A model generated the notes under the pieces. The model was not told the origin of the DNA. It worked only from the letters and a program-made list of their open reading frames with translations, and searched no databases. DNA of 64,000 bases from Felis catus. Its lineage: Eukaryota. The stretch covers positions 81,966,001-82,030,000 of the forward strand of contig NC_058368.1 of the NCBI RefSeq assembly GCF_018350175.1. The letters run 5' to 3'. Shown here piece by piece: positions 1-12,500 of the stretch. The stretch's first letter is position 1; each line of letters opens with the position of its first letter. A program made the position numbers and the translations under genes.

Positions 1-241
1 CCCTGGGCTTATGGACACATCCCCCGTCTTTGCCTCCATGTTGGCACGGCATCTCCCTGTGTGTCTGTGCCCAAGTGTCTCCTTCCAATAAGGACTAGGC
101 ATATTGGGTTGGGGCCACACTGACCTCACATAAACTTGCTCACTTCTGTAAAGGCCTTTTCTCCAAATATAGTCACATCCTGAGGCACTGGGGTTTGGGC
201 TTTAACACGTGACTTTGGCAGGACACCTTTCAGCCTGTAAC
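1..241 (-). mobile_element. MLT1-family (ERVL-MaLR) LTR fragment
   Basis: Characteristic ...ctccaaatatagtcacatcctgaggcactggggtt...tcagcctgtaac end, recognised by eye. Confidence 0.7.
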
Positions 242-467
242 TAGTGTAATAAGCTTTTGACTTTATAGCTGATAACGAACGTGACGTAGCTGCAGAGGCG
301 GTGTGACTTTCTCCTGGTAAGACGTGGGACGTGTCTAACAGCCCAGCGTCAGCAACCACGCGGCCTCAGTGAGTGCCCTTCTGCCTGGACCACACATCCA
401 CTGCAGCCATGCGAGGACCCCGCATCCAGCAGTGCGTCTGCCCACACGCCTCTCTGTTCTCTTGCAG

Positions 468-587
468 GCGTCCTTCCCGGCAAACCTCCAGCTCGTCCTT
501 GTCCTGCGCCCAGCGGGGTTTTTCCAAAGGACCCTCTCTGACCTCGCTTTCAAATTCAACAGAGATGACTTTAAGATGAAGGTGCCG
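468..587 (+). CDS. MCF2L: MCF2L exon (Sec14/CRAL-TRIO region)
   Basis: ttgcag|...|gtgagt, 120 nt, ASFPANLQLVLVLRP...KMKVP. Confidence 0.93.
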
Positions 588-3500
588 GTGAGTGGCCTGC
601 CGCGGCTCTGTGGGCAGAACGGAGCGTGACCACGTTCTTGGCCCACGCAGCTGATCGAAACTCTTCAGGTGCTAAGCCCAGCGCCAGGGGCGTGCCCAAG
701 CGCACAGCAACCCCGCTGGGCATTGCCCCTTCATTCCCTAGCGCTCCCCAGGGCTGACATCCACCCTGTGCCTCGGGTGATCCCTGTGGAAGTGCAGGTG
801 CTTGTCAGAGCCACAAATCTAGAACATTCTTACTGAGGGTCAGGCCGAAGAACGAGAGCCCAACAGGCTGAGAGCCATCATCAGCCTCCTAGTGAGAAGC
901 AGCCAGGAAGCCCAGGAAGCCTATTTCCCGTGAAGCCTGCTTGCACCCCGCGTCACGACAGTCACTGTGGGAGCAGCGCGGGGCAGGCTGCCAGACAACG
1001 CCCAGGAAGCCTTTGTTTTCCGTGAATTAGTTTGCACACAAGCCCCCAGCTTGTGACCTCGCCTTGAGACCACCTCAACAACGCCCACCAGGTTGCCTTC
1101 AAGGACCTGAGCGCCCATGACGGTGGTTGTCCGTGACACCTTTACCTGTTCCTCGGTGCACGGGGTGGGGTGCTCTGCCTGGTCAGGGGCCATGAGTGAG
1201 GCGCCCCTGGCCCTGTGGGTGAGTCGCATGCTGCAACCCTGACCCCCGGGCTTCGGGTCTTGGAGAAAACCCATGCACCTGCGGTGTTTGCAGCACCGAA
1301 ACGCCTTCATTTCTGACAGCCCATTTCCTCGACGGTTAGGGACAAAACCAGAGACACCGGCTGAAAGTTAGTGGCCTGGCACTGAAATCACCAGATGTGC
1401 TCTGTGCTCCCACCAGGACCCAGTCTCCTCTGATGGCCACCTCTCAGCCCCAGGGGAGCGTGACACCCACGTCCAGCCACTGGGCACGTGAACCTCGTTA
1501 ACAACAGGTCTCTACGCAGACCTGTGGCGTTCAGTAATCAACAACACACAAGGGGGCGCCAGGCTCCATCTGGCCAGAAGCTCTCAGGACCTATTTTGTA
1601 GGACCTTAGCATCTGGCTGACAGCTTACAAAGCAAAGGCTGTATTTTTACCCAAAACTCACCAACAGAATGTCCTCAGAAAGGACAAGAGAAATAGACCA
1701 ATGAAAGCAAGCCCTGTGCAAAGAGCTTCCTCAGTCCCTGAAGCCACGTGTCCCATGGAAGGGCACGGCCCTGACTCTGGTGATGTCTGTAGTGACTTTG
1801 CTGGGCTTTGGTGGGAACAATGACAAAACCATCCTCTTTCAAGTCAGAGCACTGCTCAGTGACCACCGCGAGCTCCCTGGCGGATGCCTGACGTGGGTGG
1901 TATGCCCAGCTCTGTCAGGGTTCCAACACCTTCCCTCCGTGCTGAGGCCCATCGTCACAGGCCCATTTCACAAAGGGGTAAACTGAGGCACAGAGAGAAT
2001 AAGTGACTTGCCTGACGCCAACCAGCCTGGAAGTGGTAGAGCTGGGGTTTAAGCCCAGGTCCAAAGCCAGGCACCTCCTGTCCACACTGCCACCATTAGT
2101 GACCAGCGGGAGAGCTTTTCTCCCCCGTCCGCTGGGTGGTCTCTTCACGGGGTGGCTTTCTTCCTCCTCTAGGTCATAATGCTGAGCTCAGTGCCAGAGT
2201 TACACGGTTACATCGACAAGTCCCAACTGACTGAGGACCTGGGCGGGACCCTGGACTACTGCCACACGAGGTGGCTGTGTCACCGCACGGTGAGTCGTCC
2301 CGGGCTGCCCGCACGCGGGTGCTGGCTGTGGGCGGTGGGTCTCCTTAACCCTGAGTTAATCGGCCAAATAGCTTTTGCACTACGATGCTGCCTTTTCCAA
2401 AGCCGTGTTCCCAGTAACCTCACTTCTGTTCCCCAAGAATGAGGAGATGGTCTCAGTGGACCTCAGTCATCTAAAGAAATAACATGAGTAATAAGTTCGG
2501 GAGTGGCTTTCTCTGGGCTCAGAGACCAAGAAACAACAGCCCTGCGAGGGGTGGGGGCGGATGTGGCCCTCGGGCCTCTCTTAACTGGGCAAGGGGAGAC
2601 TGGGCGCAGAACGACTCTGGCTGATGAAAGTGAACGCAGAGAGTGTCCAGTACGTTTCTGAAGCCACCAGGCCTGGGGTCTGGTCTAGGTGTGACTGCGG
2701 CTTGCTGTGGTCCTGCCCTCTCTGATGACGCCCGAGCCCCTGCACCAGACACCTGCCTCCCAGTGCAGCTTGGTGATGGTGTTTTCCTTCTTCCCCAGGC
2801 GATCGAAAGCTTCGCCCTCATGGTCAAGCAGACTGCTCAGATGCTGCAGTCCTTCGGGACCGAGCTGGCCGAAACGGAGCTGCCCAATGACGTCCAGTCA
2901 ACAAGCTCGGTGCTCTGCGCTCACACGGAGAAGAAGGACAAAGCGAAGGTACGTGTGGCTTCTGTGCGAGGCCGCTAAGGGGAAGCAGCCCCGTGGGCAT
3001 TGGGCAAGACAGGCCGAGGCCGTTCCCAAGATGCCTGGGGCAGGGGACCTGGCGAGCGCTCCCAGGGGAACTGAACGCACTCCTTTCTAAAAGCGGCTCG
3101 TGGTCAGACTGAGGGACATGGAGCCTGAGTGCAGCCAGGGGCCGCAGCCTCGCTCTAATTGGGCGTCCGAGGTGCCGGGGCTGCAGGGCCGCTCGCCAGG
3201 CGGGTCTGCCGCTTATGAGCGCGAGCAAGGCAGGACTCCTGCCCCCAGTTCCCAGGCGGCAGGCCGGGTCATGGGCCGCCTTGGGCGACCGCAGCCCACA
3301 AAGCAGCGTCCGTGCTCCAGTACTGACCCCGTGCCCAGGGAGCCTGTGCCGGGTGGGGTGTGGCTCCGGGTCAGTGGTGGCCGTGACCCCCTCGCTGGTG
3401 GTCCTTGGGGGCGGCCCCCAGCCCGAGAAGCCTGCCCTCTCTTTCACTCCCGGCGGTGGGGACACTGTGGGATCAGGCCCACAGAGGTCTGGTTTCCTGC

Positions 3501-6500
3501 TATCTCTTACCTCATCCACCAACCCCGAGCAACCTGTAGCCTTAGCTGTGCCCCAGCCACAGTTGGGGGAGTCTTCCAACACCTGCCGTCCTTCAGTGGC
3601 TCTAGGGGAACGAGGGAGTGAGCGTGGGGTGCCAGGCCCTGTGCTGTCCCCGCAGGAGGACATGAGGGCGGCCCTGGACGAGGGACAGAGCCTCCTGCAA
3701 AGCGTCAGAGAGCCCCTGGCCAAGGGCGGGGGGCGGAGCCTGAGCCAGGACCAGCTGGACAATCAGACCACCGTGCAGAGGTGAGGGCCCGAGCCGGGGG
3801 CAGGGCATGGCCACGGACTGGGGACAGAGTGACAGGCGGCAGTGACCCCCATCCCCTCATCCTCATGGGAAGAAAGGGGGCCGCAGGTCCTTACCACTGA
3901 AATGCTCTTCTTCCATATCCTGAAGAAAGTGGCTGTTCTGGGCAGGAAAATTTCTCAGAGCGAACAGCGCTTTTCTGCAGCCTGGGAGACATTCAAGGGA
4001 GTCCGTGGTGACAGGGTCTTACCAGCCTCATGGAGCCTCTCCCCTCCCCACCTGCCCAGCCCTGCCCACCCGCTGGTGTGCCCGTGAGGAAGGGACCCGC
4101 CAGCTCCTGCCCCCCACTTGAGCCTCGGGTCTTCTCGCCTTCCCTGTGAAGGGGACCGCAAGCACGTCCTCCCTGGGCCCCCGCTGTGCGGATACTTGCC
4201 ATCCCTAACACCGCATGGCGCCCCGGAACGCCCGCAGCTCTATGCATAGGCCAGGTCCTTGTTTGGGGAGGAGGCGGGCACAGGAGCAGAGCCTCTGGAC
4301 GGCTTGCTGGTGACACCCAGGCCACCACAGGCTGACCCAGGCCCAGGTTCACACACCGGGCCAGTGCTCCATGCTGGGGATGTGGGAGGCCCCGGGGGAC
4401 GTGGGGGAGGCTGGGGTGAACCCCAGTGCTGACAGGGTAACACGCACAGGGTGGCATGGCTCTGGCCTGGGAGCCATGACCGCGAATGGTGGCAGCTCAC
4501 TGTGCCCTCCGTCCCGAACCCAAGTCAGATGTGAGAAGCGCAGAGCACTGTCACATCAACCTTGTAACACACTAGTCCCTTCCCCCGAAACACGTCCCCT
4601 CTGGCACATTTGGCCTGCGAGTCCCATGTCCAGGGCCTGAGAGAGAAGGCGAGGGTCCGGGCAGCCCTGGAGATGGAACCCGCGCCCTGCACCTCGCACC
4701 CGCTCAGACGGAGCCTCACCCCTGCCCAGGCTCCTGGCCCAGCTGAATGAGACCGAGGCCGCCTTCGATGAGTTCTGGGCAAAGCACCAGCAAAAGCTCC
4801 AGCAGTGTCTGCAGCTCCGGCACTTTGAGCAGGACTTCCGAGAGGTGAGTGGTCGAGGTGGGGGTGCCTGGCGCTCCGGCCACAGGAAGCTGCTGCGCGC
4901 TGAGCTGCCCTGGTGACGGTGGCGCCACACGGAGCCGCGAGACTGGGTGGGACGAGACCTTGGAACGCGTGGCGAGTGAGCCGTTGCGCACAACAGGTTA
5001 CCAGACCCCCGTCGGCATGCACTTCCTTCCGTGTTCCCCAGGGACGCGTCCAGGAGCCATGCATATGCTCCTTTACCAGCGTGCATTTGTCTGCGCCTGC
5101 TGTGTGCTGGCCCGGAGCCCCATCCTGCCCATACTGGGTGGCACGAGGGTCAGGACAGGGAGGCGTGGTCCTGGCATTAATCGTCAGCGTTGGGGCTCCA
5201 CAGAAGCCCACTGCTCAGTCATTTATGCAGGGTCAGGACACGGACACATCTGCGTGCCCTCACCTCACCATGGAACGACATTTTCCCTGGGCCTTCTGGT
5301 CAGGACTGGGGGTGGGTGGGGGGTGGGATCTCAAGGGCATGAAACGAGTAACAACACCAAGCCCGGCACTAAGGCTGTTGTAGGGCTGTGTGCAAGGGCA
5401 GGTTCCGACACCGCCCCCCCCCCCCCCCCCCCCCCGCCACCGACCAGTCCTGAAATGTCATGTTTCAGAAAACATGGGATTGGCTCAGTTAGCGCTCACT
5501 GCCAAGCTTGGGCAGGCACAGGGAGCCAGCCTCCCTGACTTGGACCAGAGAGGTCTCCCGCCAGCCCCTGTGAACAGCAGGCCGTTGGGGGCGCATGGAG
5601 AGCATGGTCGTCCATGACGTACTTCTGCAGGGGCTGAGGAAGGCTGGCCAAACAAGCTTTCTATTCGGGGATGGTTGCAGGTTTGTGTGCATTGTGAAAT
5701 AATCCAGCAAGACCTCACGTGCCCTCAATCCAGCTTCCCCCAGAGGACACATCTTGCAAAATCGTGCTCAGCATCACAGTGTGGACATTGACACTGACAC
5801 ACTCAGCACACAGAACATTCTGTCCCAACACAGACCCGTGTTTCCTTCTTACAGACACTTTCCTCCCACCCCGCCCCAGCCTGCCCCGTTCTGAACTCCT
5901 ATCCCTCCCCCTCCTGAGCCCCCAAACCCTCCTGAACCCCCACCCCCTCCTGAATCCCATTCCCTCCCACCCCTCCCCCTCCTGAGCCCCCAACCCCTCC
6001 TGAACCATACCCCTCACCCCTCCCTCCTGAACCCCCACCCCATCCTGCACCCCTGATAACCTCTGATCTCCCTGTTTCCATATGCTATCATGTCAAGAAT
6101 GTTCTAGAAGTGGCGCCACGCATACTTGGCCTCCTGGCTCTTTTCAGGCAGCGCCATCTGTTACATTCCCTGGAGATGGAGGCAGGTGTTTCGTCTTTGC
6201 TCTTGTCCCCGCTGAGTAGTTAGTGTTCTGGGCCGTGGACCAGCCACGGTTTAACCGTCCTCCTGTTGAAGGACACCTGGGCTGTTTCCAGGACTTTGCT
6301 ACCATATAAAACGTGCCACTGTCCATGTGAACACAGCTATCATTTCCCTGAGGTAAATGCTCAGGGGTGCAGTTGGGGGTCGTGGTTGCTGATGTTCAGC
6401 TTTCTGAGAAGCTGCTGACGTGTCCCCAGAGCGCCTGCACCTGTGCGCCCAGTGGTGCGCATGAGGACGTGGCTCTCGCATGCCCGCACTGTGCCCGGTG

Positions 6501-9500
6501 GTGTGCATACCTTACACGCCTACTCTGGGGGTATGGGGGACGACTCACTGTGGCTCTGCTGTGCGTTTCTCTTGGCTGGCGATGCGAACCGGCCTGCCTG
6601 CACTCGTGGCCGTGTCTGTCCTCCTGGTGAAGTGCCTCTTCTTCCTGGTTGCCCGTTTGTGACCCTCGTCCTGGGTGGGGGTGGGGGTTTTACTCCTGTG
6701 ACTTGGGAGTTCCCTATATGCGTAGGTCCTGGCCCCGGCCAGACCTGCGGTTTGAAAATCTGTTCTTTAGTTTGTCCCTGTGTCTCAGCCTCTGACAGCA
6801 CTTTTCACACGGCAAAGGTTTTAATTCTGATAAAGTCTCGTTTACCAATTTTTTTCTTTTAAGGATCACACTTTTGGTTCATCCCATATCCTAGGTCCCA
6901 ACCATGTTCTCCTCAGCTTTTCTTCCTAAAAGGTTTATAGTTTTACGGTAAGTCCGTGATCCATTTTGAGTTAACTTTTGTGTAGGGTGAGAATCAGGTC
7001 CTGGTTCAGTTGTTTTTTGTTTTTTTTTAACATTTTTATTTATTTTTGAGAGACAGAGTGTGAGCAAGGGAGGGGCAGAGAGAGAGGGAATCACAGATTC
7101 TGAAGCAGGCTCCAGGCTCTGAGCTGTCAGCACAGAGCCTGACGTGGGGCTCAAACTCATGAACCGTGAGATCATGACCTGAGCCAAAGTTGGACACTTA
7201 ACCGACTGAGCCGCACAGGCACCCCTATTGTTCAGTCTTTAATCTTGGGATGTCCAGGGGCTCTGGTGCCGTTGTCGAAAAGGCTGTCTCTTCTCCACGG
7301 GAGAAGAGAAATCATGTCAGAAAGCCATTGGGCAGGTCTGTTTGGGTGGGTTTCTGGGCATGCACCCCATCCATCTGTCAGCACCTCGCAGTCTCGGTGA
7401 CCATGGCTGTGCGGTGAGTCTTGAAGTCAAGTGCACAGTCCTTCTGTTCTCTCCCAGAATTGGCCTAGCTCTGCTTCTGCTCTGCCGGCTGCATTTATGT
7501 TGTAAGATCTTGCCTATATCTGCGTGGCTCTGCTGGGGTCTTGATAGGAACTGTGGTAAACCTGTATTTTGGGGAGAGTCAGATCTTTCCTACAGCGAGT
7601 CTCCCCATCAGTGAACGCAGTGGGTCTGTGTTACCTTGCATTTAGATTTTCTTAGAGCTTTTTCATCAGTATTGTACAGTTTTCAGCAAACCATTTCAAT
7701 ACATGTTCTGTTTGATTTACACTTAAGTATTTCATTCTTAAGCAATTGTAAATGGTGTTTTAAATTTTGGTGTTCATGTGTTCATCACCATAGGTAGAAA
7801 TACAACTGCTTTTTGCGTGTCTATCTTGTCTCCTGAAACCTCGCTGATCTCACTTTTTCCAGGAGTGGTTTCGTAAGAGTTCGGGGATTTTCTACATAAC
7901 GGAGTAGGTCATGTGCAAACAGGGATGGCTTGGTTCTTTCCGTTTCCATCTGATGCTTTTTGGTTGTGTTTGTATTTGTTCAGTTGTGTGTTAGTTTTGC
8001 TGTCTTGCACCGGCTTTATGACTGGTGAGAGTGGACACTCTTGTTCTCACCGATGTCACAGCTGTCCTTAGGCTGCAGGACTTGTGTGGAGGCTCCTTGT
8101 CATGCTGAGGGCATGTCCCTCTGCCCGGTTTCCCGGGAAGGACCTGGCTCTTCTGTCCTCCCTCCTCTCCTGCTTCAGGCAGGGCCTCCATACCTGACAT
8201 GGGCCCGGGCCTCCTGCCCCTCCTGTGTTCCAGGTCAAAGCCTCCTTAGACGCGCTGGCCCAGAAGATAGCGACCTTCACGGATGTGGGCAACAGCCTGG
8301 CACACGCAGGGCATCTCCTGAAGGACCTCACCAGCTTCGAGGAGAAGTCCAGCGTAAGGACAGTGGTGTGGGCCATTGTGGGCAGGAGACAGCCTACGGG
8401 GAGTGCTCAGGGCACCACCAGGGTCACTTAGGAAGGCGGGGGAATGGGGCTGTCTCGCCATCCGGTGGGGGGCGTCCGCGGGTGGAGGGACGGAGCCCCT
8501 TCCGCTCTCACTCCCACCCTGACGGATCCTGCCCAGGAAATCGCACCTGTTGCTCTAACAAACCCAAGCTGAGCCATGTGCCTGGGGTGGCTCCCACGCA
8601 GGTGTCTGTAGAGCGGGCCCTCGCACTGGCCCTGGAGGGTGAGAAGCTCATTGACAGCAGGCACTATGCTGTGGACTCCATCCGCCCCAAATGCCATGAG
8701 CTCCAGCACCTGTGCAACCAGTTCGCGGCAGAGGTCGAGAGGAGGAGGGAGCTGCTCAGCAAGTCCCTGGAGCTGCACAGCCTCCTGGAGGCGGTGAGAC
8801 CCCTCCCCATGCCCTCCTGGTCCCGCATGGTCCCCCTCCCCACACCTGCCCCTCCCACGTGGACCGCAGTCACTGGCTGGAAGCTGACCCCACGCCCTGC
8901 TGTCCATGGGCCTGTCTCGAGGCCCAGCCAGTCACAGATGCCCATTTCTAGAATTCACTTGCCACAGCTGATACATCTTGCCGAGGACCAGAAATTCTCT
9001 GCACTTGGCCCCTCTGTCCTCTGTGTGAACGAGTCCAGGCCGGATGACGCACGTAGCCTTGGGGTGCCGTGTAGCTGGGTTGCAGAGATCCCCAGAATCG
9101 TGGCGGCCGCCAGTGGGACGGGAGGGCCCCGGCCTAGCACGCGTAACACACACGCCAAGACCCAGCCTCTGACAGGCCCGCTCTCTCCCTCTGCCGTGCT
9201 TGGCGTGTCCAGTCCATGAAGTGGTGTGATGAGGGAATCTACCTGCTGGCCTCACAGCCTGTGGACAAGTGTCAGTCCCAGGAGGGTGCTGAGGCGGCCC
9301 TCCAGGAAATTGAGAAGTTTCTGGAGACTGGCGCAGAAAACAAGATCCAGGAGCTCGACAGAATCTACCAGGACTATGAATCCGTCCTCACCACAGACCT
9401 GATGGTAAGTGGGGCCCATGCTCGTGGTGGGGGCAGGGGCGGCCGCCATGAGCTCTTCCGGGACCCTGGGTGTCTTGAGGCTCAGCTTCCCCTCAGCACA

Positions 9501-12500
9501 GGATTCCGTGACCCGGCGGCCCTCCTGTGCCTGGGGTCTTTCCCTGCAAGACCACCACTGGGGGCGCCCCCACCCGGTTTCCCCAGCACCCCGCCTCCTG
9601 CATGCCCCCCTGTACATCGCGCCGACCCCAGCCCCCACTGCCGCCCAGCCGGCTGCCCACACCCCCAGGGCACCCACAGGGTCACACCCTTCCCGCAGGG
9701 AACGTGTGGGGGCCACGTGTCCCTCCCTTCCAGCTGACTCTCCTCAAAGCTCCAGGTCCTGCATTCCATGGGGTCCCACCCCTCCCTCCTGCGGCGGGGT
9801 GGGGGTGGGGGGAGTGCAGGGTTGCGCCCTGGCGGCTAGCTGTGACACTACAGCCCAGCCTCTAAGGAGGCCAGGCCTCTCACTTTGCTGGCATCACTGG
9901 CTCATGAGCCCACACACCTATCCCTTCAGGAGCACGTGCAGAAGGTCTACCAGAAGCAGGAGGGCACGGAGGAGATGTTCCACCGGAGACAGGCCAGCCT
10001 GAAGAAACTGGCGGCCAAGCAGACACGGCCCGTGCAGCCGGTGGCCCCCCGGCCAGAGGCACTCACAAAGTCACCCTGCCCCTCCCCAGGTGTGCACAGC
10101 CACCACCCCTCCCGTCCACGGTGGGCCCTCACCCAGTTTGTAAATGAACTTTTATCGGCACAGGGCCAGTGTGTGCTGAGTGGTTGGGGCAGAGAGGGGG
10201 TGGCCCATGGACTAGGACATCCACTGGCTGTCCAGGGACTTTTCCCCAGTTAGCATTCCGGTCTCTGCCCCAGCCCATCTGTCCTCAGTACTGTTGCCAA
10301 AATGGTTCTCCTTCAGCATCTCTGACCACAGCCCAAAGCCCCCGAGGCAGCAGCCCCTCATGGGCTCCTTGGAGCCCCTCCTGCAGCGGCACCTGCCCGC
10401 CGTCCTCTTTGGGGCTTTGGCAAGTGGGCCGCAAGTTGGTGAGACTGTGGAGAGCCGGCCCCCTCCCGCCACCTGCTGCAGCATGTGGCACCCATCAGAA
10501 GGGACCCTGGCCCCTGGCCCGGTGGTGTCCGGGTCCCTCGTGCTCACGGACTCCGTGCTAGCCTGTGCGGCCGGCCATCTTCCCGCTCACCTGTCTCCCA
10601 CCTGCTCTCCTCTTTCTCCATGTTTCTCTGCTTTCCTCGCCCTTCTCCAGGGGACTTGCTTCTTTTCTCTCTGAAAGTTCAAAGTAACCCCAGGTGCTCC
10701 CAGGTCCAGTCCTTCCTCTCCAGGCAGTAAGGTATGAAGCCACGTCTTCCTTCCCCACTTCTTTCCAAACCAGGCAGCCGGAGAGGCTCTGAGAACAGTC
10801 CTGAGGGCAGCATGCTCCGGAGAGGGCCCTACAGGAGGGCCAAGGTGAGGCCACAGTCCATGCTGCCCCCACAACAGCTGCCCGCCATCGCGGTCCAGCA
10901 CCACCAGGCTCCCCCTGCCCTGCCTGTGCCGTGGGACCTCAGATTCCTCCCCAGATGGGGAATGAGGTGGGGCTCCTTGAAGTCAGGATGCCAGGCTGCA
11001 CCTTCTGGCATCTGAATGCTCAATGCGCTCGTCTTTCCCCAGAGCGAAGTGACTGAGAGCCGGCAGGGCCGCGGCAGCTCCACAGGTGACGAGGAGGAGA
11101 GCCTGGCCATCTTGCGGAGGTGAGCGGCTCTGGTCCAGACACGGCAGGTGCGACCCTGTCAGATCTCCGCCTTTGGCCGCAGAGAATCCGAGTGCAAAGA
11201 AGCCAGAGCTGGCGGATAGTCAGCTTCTACCCCAAAGCTGGCGTCCTGGCGTGGACACATGTGCGCCACGCTGTGGACAGATGTGCGGTCCACTTCTGGA
11301 ACCAGGACTGATCCGGTTTCTCCTAGAAAAGCCTGTTGTCCCTGGACCCTCAGGCAGGACTCTGGTGACTTGAAATGGCTCGTGTCCCCCTTTCTCAAGC
11401 CGTAGGTGACAAGACTGATTCCACAGAGACAGGCGCATAGCCACGGCTCCTCAGTGGGCTGCACCCGTGTGCTGGCGCCCTCTCTCTTCTCCCACCACAC
11501 CTGCTCCGAGCATCTTCTCTCTGTGCCCTTCCTGCTCTAATGCTTTCTCCGCTGTCTGTGCCCCACTCACAGGCATGTGATGAATGAGCTCTTGGACACG
11601 GAACGGGTGTACGTGGAAGAGCTGCTCTGTGTCCTGGAGGTGAGTCTGCAGGGGTGGGGGGATGGCCAGGGAGCCCTGGGGCCTGTAGGCCCGCCCACCC
11701 CATGCAGCAAGGGTGAGAGGATGGTGGTGGCTTTACTCGCACGGCCCCACCAGCGGGACCAGGGACAAGGAGATTGAGGTACTCGGCTCAGGGACCCACT
11801 CCAGCAGCACATGGCTGACCCCAGGAGTGTGGCGGGAGCGGGAGGCTGCGTGTGACTCCATTGCAGGAAGAGCTGAACCGTCTGGGTCTGGGTGGAGGCA
11901 GAATGGAGGCCCCGGAGGACTGTTGCCAGCAGGGCAGGGGGCTTCTGGGCACTGGAATGTTCTGGATTTTGGTCTGGGTGGTGGTTACAGGGGTGTAGAC
12001 ATTGAAATGAGTCATCAAGGAGTACCCCCAAGATTTCTCTCCTTCATACAAGTTACGTGAATCCTCAAAGTTAAAAAGCAGAAGGACAGATCCCCCCCAC
12101 CCAAAACAGATGGTGCTGTTTGTAGCTCACGCACATTGGTCGGCACTTGCTGCCTCGTGGTCGTCCTAGAAACGGCCGGTGAATAAATATGGATGGATTC
12201 ACTTTCTAAAACCTGAGAGGCATCCTCTCCCCGCGGGCCTCCCTCCAAGCACGTGATGGAGGCCGCGTTCCGACCCCTCCCCTCCACGCAGGGCTATGCC
12301 GCCGAGCTGGACAACCCGCTGATGGCGCACCTCGTCTCACCCGGCCTCCAAAACAAGAAGGACATTTTGTTTGGAAACATGGAAGAGATTTACCACTTTC
12401 ACAACAGGTCAGGCCCTCCCCTGCCCACCCCCTGCTGGGCAGGGTCTGCCTCTAGAGCAGGCCCCTGTGGTGAGCAGGAACCAGTGGGCTCGGGGGCACG

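Noticed and set aside
6891..7187. Recurrent 'MAQVMISRF..SP.SGSVLTAQSLEPAS' ORFs (also near 20460, 30460, 35242, 62715)
   Set aside because: They are translations of SINEC copies, not a gene family. The tRNA-like heads are SINE-derived, not tRNA genes.
8041..9219. 392-aa ORF as an independent gene
   Set aside because: It contains the in-frame MCF2L exon 8602-8793 padded by stop-poor GC-rich intron. The same applies to most ORF-track entries.
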